The notes beneath the pieces were generated by a model, which had not been told where the DNA came from, did not search any database, and saw only the letters and a list, made by a program, of their open reading frames with translations. From positions 41,850,001-41,914,000 of the forward strand of contig NC_091470.1 of NCBI RefSeq assembly GCF_036971445.1: 64,000 bases of DNA. Reading direction: 5' to 3'. The position numbers and the translations under genes are program-made. Of this stretch, positions 51,136 to 64,000 are shown in pieces; the first letter of the stretch is position 1, and each line of letters starts with the position of its first letter. The DNA comes from Narcine bancroftii. Taxonomy: Eukaryota.

Positions 51136-54019
51136 AAACAGGTAAGCTTCATTATTTTTCTGCGTTTGAAGCTGGCCTCGAAGCGAAAGCACTGCATAAA
51201 AACACCTGATGTCTGTGTCTTACCTCCTGCATCATTCCAATGAGGAGCAGCAAACATCCCATTTCCACAAAGGAAAATTGCAACTTTTGCAATGACATAC
51301 AGAATTCAACAATCTCATAACTAATTTGTCACTGTGTATCAGAACTTTTTTTTTCTCTTTCTGGCCTCATCATCTACCAAGAAACAGATTTTTCATTAGT
51401 CACCACCAGCCATCTGATGACCACAGAAGTGGAGTGACTGTGAAATGGACAATTCGGCTGATTCTCCTTGTCAGGGGAATTATTGAACCACTGTGACCAT
51501 TGTAATGGTCATTTTGATTGACCCATATCTGGATAAAGGAATCAGGAGAATTCCTGCATTGGATCATGACCATTATGATGGTCATTTTGAAGGATTGACC
51601 AGTGCATGGGTTTTGGAAATATCATGGAAGTCACGTTTTGTTTCCCCTATGCAAGGAAAAGGGAGTTGTAACAACTATTCATATGAAAGGACATTTCTCC
51701 GGAAGCAACACGACAAGAATTCTCACTCAGTCTCTCCCACCTTCTTTGTGATTATTTCTGTACATCAGTTTAAAAGTCTGCATTTCAACTATGGAATTCT
51801 AAGACTGAAATTTGGATTAACTTTCCAGAATTGTTCCTAAGCTGTAACGGCTTAACTTAACCACAACTAATATACTGATACAAGTTGCTACATTATTAAT
51901 AGTTATTAATAAATATTGTTTATAAGAGAAAAATATAAGAGAAAAACAGTAACAGTCTCTTGGTGAATTTCTATTGCTGATGGTCTGCGACATAACACAC
52001 CTCATATACTGCATGGGCACCTCCAACCGGATGGTATTAACTTCTCCTGTTCATTAGCACCCCACCCCATCTTTCCTTATGTCTCCTTTCCTTTCTCTCT
52101 CCTCCCTGTGTCCTTTCAGAGACAAAAACACTCCCCTCCCCCAATCAATTCTCACCTTTCCTGTCCTCTTATCATATTCAATTAATACCTTTTGTCTGTT
52201 GGTTTCTACTCCTTCCACATTCTTCCATTTTCACCAGCCTTTTTAATACAGACACCCATTTTTTAAAAAAAATCTACCCTTGAGGAAGGGCTAAAACATC
52301 AGTAATATTTCTTAACCATGAACACCATGAGATCTGGTGAGTACCTCCAGCATTTCTGTTTTTACTCCAGACATACAAGTACACAAACCTTTTTTTCCAA
52401 CTGCCTTCATAAAACTGTGGAGTAATTTTGATCAACACATGCCTCACATTGGAGATTTGTTTATTTTCCTATCTCACCCTTTCCATCTTCTGCACTTTTA
52501 TCTAATATGAGGACCAATAAAAGGACTTTAAAGTATGGAAGTATGTTTGATTGGGATAGACTGCCATTTCTAACTTTAGGTAAGGCAAAAACTCAAAACC
52601 CCAGAGACTGTCCATTTAAGAAATTTTTAAAATTTGAGTGTCCAGGAATTGGTTGTAGTGAAGAATATCATGGCTGAATAAGCATGAGGAAGGAGGCAGA
52701 AAGTGAAGTAAGCTCATTCATAAAGTTTGATGAGAAAATGATAAAGAAGGACAAGAGTAGAACATCAATGCCAGATGGGTTGAATGTGGCAAATGACTTA
52801 TTCTGTAATATGTATTCTGTATAATGACAATATAGCAAAAGCTTCAAACTAAATGATCTATAAAAGAGGAATTGCATGTTTCCATCAATCTGTTGAGGAT
52901 GGACCTCAATCTGTTGTAGTATCCTCGATGATCTAATTTGCTTAACAGTAAGAAAAGTTATCACAAATGTCTTCCTTTCCTAATGAATTTGATTAATAGT
53001 GTGTAAATTGGGAGGCATGACTTGTGGGTCAAAATGGCCTGTTACTGTGTTGTATGACTAAATTTAAAAAAAAATTGTTTTCCATAATGTGCTTGGCCAA
53101 ATAAAGAAAAAAAAACACAGTTGAAGGAATGTTAAATTAAGGTGTAGTTACAAACATATTCACAAAAAAAACTTTAAATTAAAAAAAATTCACAATTTTG
53201 TATTTAATTCACTATCCTAATAAATTTTAAAAATGGAAAATCAAATAAACAGCAAAATTATGCTTGTTTGCCTCCATCTCAATTGACACTTTGAAATACT
53301 GAGCAATAATTAGATTGTAAATTAGAATTATAAATATTTTTGCATTGTTGCAGCGGATTCATCTGTTAAAATATGAAGAATCATTACATTAAAACATTAA
53401 TAAAACATTGTTATTATAAAAATTTAGAATGTTTAATTACCAAGTTATCGAATAGATGAGTGTCATTATAATTCTGATGAACTTGAGAAATTAACTGCTT
53501 GTCTCAACAGATGAAAATTAATCTGAGTATTTTCAAGATTTTGTATTTATTGTAGTTTCTTTTTATTAACTGCAACATAATTTAAATATTTATCTCTAAT
53601 CAAGTTAAAATGTCATTATACAATTGTTTTAATTCAAACCACATTGAACAAAGAAACAGATAATGACGTAATGGGCAACACAAATCCAGTATTTTCATCA
53701 TCTCCAAAACACAACAAATCAGCAGTATTCTGGAATTACAAATTATTCCACCATCTATTCAATTACTCAAAACTCTGGAGAAATAACTTGTACTTGCAGC
53801 TGAACACAATACTATACCAAAACACTTGCTCCAAAGACATGTTAGGGTTGCATCCTAAGCATAGTTGCTGCATAGATGAACACTCTAATTCAAAGTATCC
53901 TTGACAGTGATAAATTCTGCAAAGCTATGTGCCAAGCTGTTAAGAATCAAACCACAGGATGCTGTTATTTGAAAAATAATTTCTAGTTTTATTAATTTTT
54001 GCAGAAATATAACATCCAT

Positions 54020-54540
54020 ATAACAGTTTATGGCATGGAAACAGGCCAACTTGGCCCTTCAAGTGCACGCCAGTTCACTTAAACAACTCCTCTAGATCTC
54101 CCCCCCCCCCCTATTCTCTGCTCATAACCCTCCAACCCCCTCCTATCCATGTATATATCCAGTCTCCTTTTAAATGAAATAAATGATTCTGCCTCAACTA
54201 TTTCCTCCGGAAGATTATTCCATTCAGCCACCACTGAGTGAAGAAGCATCCTTTAATGTTTCTCCTAAAATTTTGCCCCCTTACCCTCAACTTGTGTCCT
54301 CTTGTTTCAACCCCCCCCCCCTGCTCTCAGGGGGAAGAGTCAACTTGTGTCTAGTCTATCTATTCCCTTCATAATTTTAAACACCTCAATCAAATCCTCT
54401 CTCACCCGTATATGTTCAAATGAATAAAGTCCTAACCTCTCAATCTTTCTCTGTACTCTAGATATTTTAAGCTAGGCAACATCCTTGTAAATCTTCTCTG
54501 CACCCTCTCCACTTTACCCATGTCCTTCCTATAATTTGAA
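54020..54540 (-). mobile_element. CR1 LINE 3' fragment
   Basis: Reverse complement resembles the CR1 3' end at 58780-59240. Confidence 0.7.
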
Positions 54541-55377
54541 GTTTAACTGCACACACTGTTTGATTTTTTTTGTTTAGGTTAAATTGTTGGTCATTTGTGC
54601 TAATCAATTAAATCCATACATTAAATCCAGGCCAGCAAGCAGAATATTTTACTCTAGGTCTCTATTTTCCCACCCATCAAATTAGATCAAGCAAACATCA
54701 CAGTTCTTACAACTGCAATGAAACGTTTGAAGTTTGTTTCAATAAAACCAAATCAAGAGGTAGGAAACTTTAAAACTTTGCTAAGGAATATAAATACTAA
54801 AACTAACTTCCAAATATTTGTGAAAGATTTCACTCTTCCCATAGATACCATCTTAAACAAGAAGAAAATCCAGCAAGACGCAAATCAATTTAGTACATGT
54901 CGAGTTCTCCAGTACGTGCACACTTTATTTGAAGTAATAATCGAGGTAGATCTACAGGAGACGCACAAGCAAAGCAACTGCAGTACCTCGCCGAAGAAGG
55001 AGGTCGCGGCTAATACCCAGCCCTCAATCTCTCTTGAAAGCCAATGACCTCACTTCCTTTGACATCAGTGTTCTTTCCGGCGTGGGGGGGGGGGGGGGGG
55101 TGGTGGTGGTACAAGGATCGTGACAGCGACAGTGGGAAGCAACAAACTCAGGTTGCAGATAGGTATGAAGAATGGACCGAATCCTTTTTACTGATCGCAC
55201 ATATGCAGCCCTTTTATGCTATGTATTCATTTTACGCGACAAAAACGCTCACGGGGCAGAAGCTTGAATCAACCTCCTCAACAAGAGAAGTAAAACATTG
55301 AATTCTGTGGACAGATCTCACCTCACAAAACAGATAAGCAAGCGCAGGATTCCACTGTTGCACACATTTCAACCCAC

Positions 55378-55471
55378 CTCGAAAGTGTAGAAGGCCCGTG
55401 GGCTGGAAAGGCCCATTTGAACCGGCTGCATCCACCACCATCCTGCTCCCAGCTCTGTTACATGTCAACAT
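55378..55471 (-). CDS. PPP2R5C: PP2A B56-gamma first coding exon: [31 protein letters not shown]+G
   Basis: 94 bp from ATG to the donor CGAG|GTGGGT, phase 1. Matches the known B56-gamma N-terminus [30 protein letters not shown]. Confidence 0.96.
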
Positions 55472-55479
55472 CTAGCCTA

Positions 55480-55700
55480 TACCAGCAGAACAAGCTGTTA
55501 CTGAGGATTAGAAAGCAACCTCCATTTTAGCACAATTGGAAAATGAAGCGACCCAACGAAGGGAAGGGGGCTAGTTGATGATGTCACCTCCTAGCAGAAA
55601 GCTGATTGGGTAATAATGACTACATAAAATGACAAGCAAACTGCAAATAGAAAAGAATTTCTGATTGGCCATCGATTAAATTTGTCCATTGATCAGATTA
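55480..55700 (-). promoter_or_regulatory. 5' UTR and proximal promoter of the MLTCN isoform
   Basis: Two CCAATCAG boxes (CTGATTGG at about 55602 and 55661) and a CRE-like TGATGTCA at 55579, directly upstream of the first exon. Confidence 0.6.
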
Positions 55701-56809
55701 CTGTTCAACTCTACGTTTCACAGTTTAAAGTTAGCAAAAGCTTTCAAGAGATGCTTTTCAATTTTTACTTTAATTCCCACCTTATCCAAAGTAAAAATAT
55801 AAACCCAATCTTAACCTGGCGTTGAAAATACGAAAGATCAACAAGAAAACAACCTTTTCATTCGAAGTGCTTACATAAATGCATTTTATGACCTGCTAAC
55901 TGACCGAAATCTATCGCGTTGTTAGAACGCGTTGTTAGATACATGCGAACTTCATTGGAAGTCTGACCCCCAGATCGCAACATCTTCGAGAAAGACACCA
56001 TCATGACCACTCCGAATTTCAATGCTATATTTACAATTGATTCTCTTCATTTCTTTCTTCCCCGCCAATGGGTAATTTTCGTCATTATGTTTATTTTTAA
56101 AACAATATTGGCAGAAATGTGAAATTAAGACCTAATATGGTTAATAAACACAATTTTATTTTATTGGATTTAAATGATAACAGATAGATTTTCCACATTT
56201 CTTAACGTCATGGACCACATAGCACATCATAGACAAATACTGTGAAAGTTGGTAATCTAATACATAAATCAGACCAAAAAAATGCTAGAACACCAGGTCA
56301 GGCAACATCTGCGGAGAGAAACCAACAATTCAGGCCTACGTCACTGGTCATTGTTTTTTCTTTCACAGATCGTGCTCGACTTGCCTGTAGTTTCCGTATT
56401 TTGTACCATTTAATAGATTCTAATTTAGTGTGAACGAGCCTGAGAATGTTAAAGGGAGAATTAGTCTCATAAACAATAATGCAACTGATCTGGACAGTTA
56501 TTAAGTAGTAATTATTTAAACAAAAACTACGGAAAAATATTTCTATCCTCTATCTTAAAGCTACAGGATCAAATTAGAAACAGCTTTAGCTCAGATTATT
56601 GTTATGTAATTAAGCAGAAATGTAGTATTACACGAAATTGCCTTGAATCTGCTATAAGGCAGACAAAGATTCGCGATGAGCATTGCTTGCTGCCCCTTAC
56701 AGTTAGAGAAAGAGAAGCAAGAAAGTCCCCTCAGAGTCACTGTTCCCATTGCAAATTCAAATATGTTTTAAAAGATTATTCTAACTTGTAATACCATAGA
56801 GATCATAGA

Positions 56810-59240
56810 TCTCCTATTAGGGAATGAGACAGAAATGGTGACAGAAATATATGTTGGGGAACATTTTGAGTTCAGTGATCATAATGCCATTAGTTTCAAG
56901 TCAATTATGGAGAAGGATAGGTCTGGGCCTCGGATGGAGATTCTAAATTGGAGAAGGGTTAAATTGGAAGAAATGAGAAAGGATCTAGAATGCATGCATT
57001 GGGATAAGATATTTTCGTAGAGGACCTTCAAAGGTGAAATTTTGAGAGTACGAAGTCTGTATGTTTCTGTTAGGATCAAAGACAAGGTTAGAGGGTATAT
57101 AGAACCTTGGTTTTCAGGGATATTGGGGACCTGGTTCAGAAAAAGAGAGAGGTGTATAACAGGTATAGGTAGCATGGAGAAAATGAGATACTTGAAGAGG
57201 AATAAAATACAAGAAAAATCTCAAGAATGAAATCAGGAAGGCTAAAAGAAGACATGAGGTTGCTTTGGCAGACAATGTGAAGAAAAATCCTGAGCTTCTA
57301 CAAGTATATTCAGAGCAAAAGTGGTTGACTTTGTTTGGAGCCAAAAGAGATGGAGGAGCTCTTAAATGTTTTTTTCCCCCCTCAGTATTCACTCAGGAAA
57401 CAGGCATAGAGTCATGTGAAGCAAGGAAAACAAGCAGCGAATTCATGGAACCTATACAGATTAAAGAGCAGGAAGTGCTTGCTGTCTTAAAGCAAATAAG
57501 GGTGGATAAATCCCAAGGGCCTGACAAGATATTCCCTCGGACCTCGAGGGAGGCTCGTGTAGAAATCGCAGGGGTTTAGTCACAAATATTTAAAATTTCC
57601 TTAGCCATGGCTATGGTGCTAGAGGATTGGAGGGCAGCTCATGTTCCATTGTTTAAAAAAAGGCTCCAAAAGTAACCTGGGAAATTATAGGCTGGTGAGC
57701 CTGCCGTCAGTAGTAGGTAAATTATTGGATGGTATTTGTGATAGTACAGATCTATCACCAATGTACATAGTGTATATAGTTACTGTATCTAGACTGTGCT
57801 TACAGCGATTGGTTGAGAGCTAAGCCACACCTATTGTCTGGGCCTTAAAGGGTTGTGTCCCAAGCCAGGTCGGATCATTCCGGACTGGTCGGCCACCTGT
57901 GAAGAGCTCCGGTCTTTTGCTAATAAAAGCCTTGGTTTGGATCAACAAGTCTTTGGTTCTTTCGACGAGCTCTACAGTATTCCAAGAGATCAGATATACA
58001 ATTATTTGGATAGCCAGGGACTGATTAGGGATAGTTAACGTGGCTTTAGGCGTGGTAAATTGTGTTTAACCAATCTTAGAGTTTTTCAAGATTACAAAGA
58101 AAGTTGACGAAGGAAAGGCTGTGGATGTTGTCTACATGGACTTTAGCAAGACCTTTGACAAGGTCCCTTACGCCAGGTTAGTCAAGAAGGTTCAGACGCA
58201 AGCTATTTATAGTGGAGTAGTGAACGGGATTCGACAATGGCTGGACGGGAGAAGCCAGAGAGTAGTGGTGGCTGATTGAATATCAAATTGGAGGTCTGTG
58301 ACTAGTGGTATGCCTTCAGGGATTGGTACTGGGACTATTGTTGTTTGTCATCTATATCAATGATCTGGAAGATAATGCAGTAAATTCGATTAGTAAATTT
58401 GCAGATGACACTAAGATTGGAGGTGTGGACAATGAAGAAGATTTTCAAAGCTTGCAGAGGGATCTGCACTGGTTGAAAAATTGCACATGGAATTTAATGC
58501 AGACAAGTGTGAGGTGTTGCATTTTGGAAGGACAAACCAAGAAAAGACGTACCTCACTGAGGAGTGAGGTAGAACAGAGGGATCTGGGAATACAGATGCA
58601 CATAATTTCCTGAAAGTGGTAATCACAGGTGGATAGGGCTGTTGGCACATTGGCTTTCATAAATCAAAGCAATGAGTACAGGAGTTGTGATGTTATGTTA
58701 AAATTGTACAAGACATTGGTGAGGGCAAATTTGGAGAATTGTGTTGGTCACCTAACTACTGGAAGGATATTAATAAGACAGAGAGTGCAGAGAAGATTTA
58801 CTAAGATGTTGCTCAGACTTCAGGGAAAAGTTAAACAGGTTAGGACTTTATTCCCTGGAGTGTAGAAGAATGAGGGGTGATTTGATAGATATTTAAAATG
58901 ATGAAGGGAATAGACAGAGTAAATGTAGATAGGCTTTTTCCATTGAGGGTCGGTGAGATTGAAACAAGAGGACATGGGTTAAGAGTGAAAGGAGAAAAGT
59001 TTAGGGGGAACACGAGGTGGAACTTCTTCACTCAGAGTGGTGGGCGTGTGGAACAATTTTCCAGCTGAAGTGGTACATGTGGGCTCGATTTTAACATTTA
59101 AGGGAAATTTGGACATGGATGGGAAAGGTATGGAGGGCTATGGACTGAGTGCAGGTCAGTGGGACTAAGCAAGAAAATGTGGTTCAGCACAGACTAGAGG
59201 GCCTGAGGTGGCCTGTTTCCATGCTGTAATTGTTCTATGG
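56810..59240 (+). mobile_element. Decayed CR1 LINE with a nested solo LTR
   Basis: SDHNAISF, DKSQGPDKIFPR, GNYRLVSLPSVVGKLL, QG.VLG.LLFVIYINDL..SKFADDTK and LYKTLVR motifs. Confidence 0.9.
57737..57976 (+). mobile_element. Solo LTR (240 bp)
   Basis: TGTGATAG...CTCTACA with AATAAA at 57922 and a perfect 5-bp TSD GTATT (57732-57736 and 57977-57981). The CR1 sequence is continuous across it. Confidence 0.9.
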
Positions 59241-60195
59241 TAATTGTAGATCTAGAGGCAGAAAGCTAAGGTATTAACCTTTAGAAAATAGTGGACCATG
59301 GTGAGATTTGATAAAAAGCATTTGAAGCTGTACGTTTTAGTCAAAGAGATCAATTATTTTTAGCGGCGCAGATAGCGCAACACTGTTACAGCACCAGCAT
59401 TCGGGACCAGGGTTCGAATCCTGCGCTATCAATCTGAAGTTTGTACATTCAGTGGGGAGGGGGCATCACGTGATGCTGTAGTGTTAGGACATAGGAACCT
59501 GATACTCTGGGTAAACTAATAACAAAGTACTAAATAAGTAATGTTTTAAACTAATTAAACTTTTTGAAGTACATTTAAACACTGAAGCAACAGTTTAAAA
59601 ATGATTCCTAAGAAAAAAAACTGCTGCAGCCCTACCTGGTGCCCGACGTAAAGAGAAGACCAGAAGAGATCGGAGGCCTACAGCAAGTTTGAAGCAGGGA
59701 GGTAGGGTTTGAGCTGCTCTCTGGGTGAGTGATTGTGGAAGGATCATCTGCCAATGTTGCTCTCCTGCAGCGACAAGGAGATGGTGTGGGGGAAGAACCC
59801 ACAAGTGAACTGCACATGCGCAAAAAGCCAGGGCCTTCAGTGACTGTGTCAGAAGAAGAGGAGTCAGGCTTTTAAGGGATTAGCAACAAAGAGGAAGCAG
59901 AGGAAGACCAGCAGCAAAAAGAGGAGATACTGAAAGAGGCTAAGACTTTTAAAAGTAAAAGCAAACAAAGTAGAAGATAATCAATATTGATTTACTATTA
60001 AGAGAATTTTATGGAATAAAAAGGGAAGTGAAAGGGGAAATTAATGGTCTTGGATGCAATAAAATGAAGTGAAAATTAGATAGGAAAATTAAGAAAATAT
60101 AGGAAGAATTGCAAAATGTTGATGATAGAATGACAAGAGTAGAAGACACCACTACTTTTTTAAATAAGGAAAATCAAAAGCTCCAGCAGAAAGTA

Positions 60196-60197
<2 letters not shown>

Positions 60198-60265
<68 letters not shown>
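60198..60265. repeat. (TG)n microsatellite, about 34 units
   Basis: Directly visible. Confidence 0.95.
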
Positions 60266-60268
<3 letters not shown>

Positions 60269-61125
60269 ATAAAGTAAGATAGAAGAAACCTCCTACTACC
60301 CCTTCCCCCCTTCCTCCCTCCAACCCTCTACAAACACAAGAAATTTTCAGTAAAAGAAATAATATTAAAACAGTTGGTCTTAAAGGAATGGAGGAGAAAG
60401 ACCCAATTGGCTTTTTTAGGAAATGGATTCCTGGAAGTATTGGTAGGTAAGAATTTTTGGGACTGAAAGAGCATACAGAGCCTATTGAGGAAAACCACTT
60501 CCAAATCAGAAGCCACGCTCTATGATAATTAAGTTTTTTCAATATCAAGATAGAGAGAAGATTTTGACCTTGGTGGTGGAAGGGGCAAGAGTAAGGAAAG
60601 GCCCATTTGAGTATGAAGGGGGTAAAATTTTATTTTACCCTAATAAGTGCAGATTTATTAAAAAGAGAATTTAACCCTGTTAAGAATATTCTTTTGGAAA
60701 AAGGATATCGATTTGTACTGCATCACCCTGCAACCTTGAAGATTTTCTTGCCTGGAGATGACAATGTTATTCTTGAGTTTTGTACAAGCAGAAGTTTATG
60801 TAAGATCTTCCAAAAGTTCAGGTGGACTGAAGAATTAGACAATCAGCTGTTGCCACTGTGTCCTAGATAGACTAAATGTATTTGTGTAGGACTGAACAAT
60901 TCAAAATAATGCCTACTTACTTTTGTTTGTTTTTTGAAAATTCTTTATGTATGAATGAAATGATTAAAGATTAAATGATAAATGTACCAAGGGGATAGGG
61001 AGGGGAGTTGAGGTTCTAAATTCTATTAGTTCATATGGGCATTTGTGACCTTGGTCACAGCCCATAAAATAGAGGGAGGTAATGTGTATTATTTAAACAA
61101 CACTTATTGTGTGTGTGTGTGTGTG

Positions 61126-61702
61126 CTCCTAGAACGCATCCACCAGCGTTGTCTCCACTCCATCCTCAACATTCACTGGAGCGCTTTCATCCCTAACGTC
61201 CAAGTACTCGAGATGGCAGAGGTCAACAGCATCGAGTCCACGCTGCTGAAGATCCAGCTGTGCTGGGTGGGTCACGTCTCCAGAATGGAGGACCATCGCC
61301 TTCCCAAGATCGTGTTATATGGCGAGCTCTCCACTGGCCACCGTGACAGAGGTGCACCAAAGAAAAGGTACAAGGACTGCCTAAAGAAATCTCTTGGTGC
61401 CTGCCACATTGACCACCGCCAGTGGGCTGATATCGCCTCAAACCGTGCATCTTGGCGCCTCACAGTTCGGCGGGCAGGAACCTCCTTTGAAGAAGACCGC
61501 AGAGCCCACCTCACTGACAAAAGGCAAAGGAGGAAAAACCCAACACCCAACCCCAACCAACCAATTTTCCCCTGCAACCGCTGCAACCGCCTCTGCCTGT
61601 CTCGCATCGGACTTGTCAGCCACAAACGAGCCTGCAGCTGACGTGGACATTTACCCCCTCCATAAATCTTTGTCCGCGAAGCCAAGCCAAAGAAAAGAAG
61701 AA
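61126..61702 (+). mobile_element. RTE-clade LINE, 5'-truncated copy 4, nested in the L1 inter-ORF region
   Basis: LLERIHQRCL...FPCNRCNRLCLSRIGLVSHKRACS; AAAG/GAA tail; (TG)9 at the 5' junction. Confidence 0.95.
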
Positions 61703-62670
61703 TATAGTTTTAAGTGTGGGAACATGTATTTTTTTAATTATAAATCTGTTTTTCATTTTTTCTATCTGATTTCCAGGGGAATTGGATATTGAATATTGGA
61801 TATTGAATAATGGAGTTGAGGGAGGAGGGTTCTCAGGTCAAGGTGGAGGAAGTAATGGTTTATTAAGATGAGTAATACACTGAAATTTGTAAATTTTAAT
61901 GTTAATGGGTTAAACGGATCAGTGAAGAGGAAGAGAGTATTAACATATTAAGAAAAAGGGAGCTGACAGCTTTTTTGCAAGAAACTCATTTAATTGAAAG
62001 AGAACATTTGAAATTTAAAAGAGACTGTGTTGGGTATGTAGCAGCCTCTTTTTTTAATTCTAGGGCAAGAGGAATACAACTGTAATGAAAAAAAATCTCC
62101 CAATTAAAATCCAAAATGTAGTAACAGACTCTGCAAGGAGATATGTGATGGTACTTTGTCAAATATATTCGGAATTATGGACTCTTCTGAATATGTATGT
62201 ACCAAATATGGATGATGAGAAATTTATACAAGAAACATTTCTTAACTTAGCAGAAGAACATGAGAACATTTTAATTAATTGGAGATTTTAATTTTGTTTA
62301 GATCCATTCCTAGATCTACTAGAAAAATGACGCAAGCTAAAGTAGCAAGACTACATTGATATAAATGAGAGATTTGAACTTAAGAGATGTGTGGAAGAGA
62401 ATTCATCCTAGAGAAAGGGATTAATCTTTTCATTCAAATAGACACGATTCTTATTCTAGAATTGATTTTTTTAAAATTTCAGCATAAATACAAGGTAGGA
62501 TTTTAGAAGCAGAATATAAAGAATTTCGTCTGATTATTTTCCTTTATTAATGATAATTACAATCCCAGATAGTGAGAATCAATTTATAGATAGAGATTGA
62601 ATTCATTATTAAAAAGAACAGATTTTTGTTATTTTATTAGGAGACAAATTCAGTTATTTTGTGACAAAAA

Positions 62671-63224
62671 CTTTTTTATATACTTTATTTGAAATTTAAA
62701 ACTACAAAAAAATGTACAATTTTTCAAATTCAATCCCATTACGCACGTGTGTGTGTGTGTGTGTGTGTGTGAAAATAAAGTAAGATAGAGGAAACCTCCT
62801 ACTACCCCTTCCCCCCCCCCCTTCCTCCCTCCAACCCCCTACAAACACAAGAGAAAAAGAAAAAGTACAGGACAAGAGAACCTCATCAGGAGTATTTCAC
62901 TTCGATATCTTATGAAGAACTAGAAGAGAAAGGGAATGTTCGAGATTCATTAAATACTAATACCCAAATTTTGTAAATATGGGCACCATATTTTCCAAAA
63001 TATATAGTATTTATCTCTTAAATTATAAGTAATTTTCTCGTGGAATACAACTAACTTCTGGATGCCATCTATCCATTCCCAAATCAATATCAGAGTTCCA
63101 AGTTATAGCAATACACTTTCTAGCTATTACCAAAACCATTTGAACAAATTTTACTTACAATTTTAATTTAGGTTTAATCCCTCTAACATCTTCCAGTAAA
63201 AATAGCATTAGATCCATTGGGAAT
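62671..63224 (-). mobile_element. Inverted L1 3' fragment nested in L1 ORF2
   Basis: T-rich tail and TTTATT on +. 14-bp TSD TTTTGTGAYAAAAA at 62657-62670 and 63225-63238. Confidence 0.8.
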
Positions 63225-64000
63225 TTTTGTGATAAAAATTGAACTCTATGAATGATAAGTTTGTAATGGGATGCTTTAAAAGCATATTTGAGAGGGAAAA
63301 TTACAAATTTTATTTCTAAAATTAAGAAGGAATATATGAAAAAGATAGATCAATTAGAAAAAGAAATATTCGGTTAAAAAGGAGAAGTTCTGAAGATAAA
63401 CGTAGACAATTATTTAATAAAAAACTTTAATACATTACAAACAAAACAAAATAGCGATTACAAGAACTAAACAAGTATTACAAATTAGGCGAAAGATCAC
63501 ATTTGTACTTGTATGGCAATTAAAAGCGGAACAAGTTTCAAGACTGATTAATGTAATTAAAAATGGTTTGAATTTTGTTAGTTATAAACCTTAAGAAAAA
63601 ATGTATCTTTTAAGAGTTTTTATTCTAAATTATATTGGTCAGTCTTTAAAAGATGAAAAATAAATGGAGATATTTATCTCAGATAAATTTACCTAGAATG
63701 AGTATGGAAGAACAAACAGAATTGAATGCCCATTTTACACAGATAGAGGTGAAAGAGGCAATAAGTTAATTACAAAATAATAAATCTCTGGGAAAAGATG
63801 GTTTTCCGTCTGAATTTTATAAAGAATTTAAAGATTTATTGATTCATATTTTTATGGAAATGTTAGACCAAGTATCAACAACTCAATCTCCCAGAATATT
63901 TCCCAGAATATTTTTCAACAGCAATAGTTACTGTGATACCATAAAAAGACAGAGACCCTTTAAAACCTTCATCTTATTTCATTATTAACCCAGATTAACA

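Larger units (their letters stand above)
59452..64000 (+). mobile_element. Decayed L1-clade LINE from its 5' end (ORF1, ORF2 endonuclease), running off the window
   Basis: ORF1 remnants (RNNIKTVGL, HPATLKI); ORF2 start at about 61868 FVNFNVNGLN..KRKRVL..FLQETH, LLNMYVPN, SYSRIDFF, NKSLGKDGFPSEFYKEF. Inserted in the SINE at 59360-59450. Confidence 0.88.

Noticed and set aside
49637-51204. CTGCATAAAAACA on both sides of RTE copy 3 as a long TSD or templated junction
   Set aside because: The right copy is about 55 bp from the element end and the intervening sequence is not duplicated. A short TSD within a host repeat that has internal motif repeats explains it.

Overview
Eukaryotic, AT-rich, transposon-dense vertebrate DNA. 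The repeat complement (CR1, L1, Rex/Babar, RTE, Penelope-like, tRNA-derived SINEs) looks like that of a cartilaginous fish; this is an inference. The only host gene I can support is PPP2R5C (PP2A B56-gamma regulatory subunit) on the minus strand, with four canonical GT-AG coding exons (55378-55471, 22796-22995, 15999-16109, 1568-1660) that continue past the left edge. The rest is intronic or upstream DNA. It holds a decayed Gypsy LTR element, two solo LTRs, four young near-identical RTE LINE copies, nested L1/CR1/Rex fragments, MITE-like DNA elements and a 3.4 kb G-rich minisatellite. The most notable observations are: (1) a candidate alternative first coding exon (MICFHYNSEACVRIADATR, phase-compatible with exon 2) inside a CpG/CRE/YY1-rich intronic promoter at about 26.7-27.0 kb; (2) an RTE insertion flanked by a 98-bp target duplication; (3) a Gypsy element with no tRNA PBS but a PBS-position sequence complementary to its own LTR, suggesting self-priming; (4) a minisatellite apparently expanded from a transposon subterminal repeat; (5) locally templated insertions at LINE junctions. 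TE family names come from recognised motifs, not database searches, and most TE boundaries are approximate.
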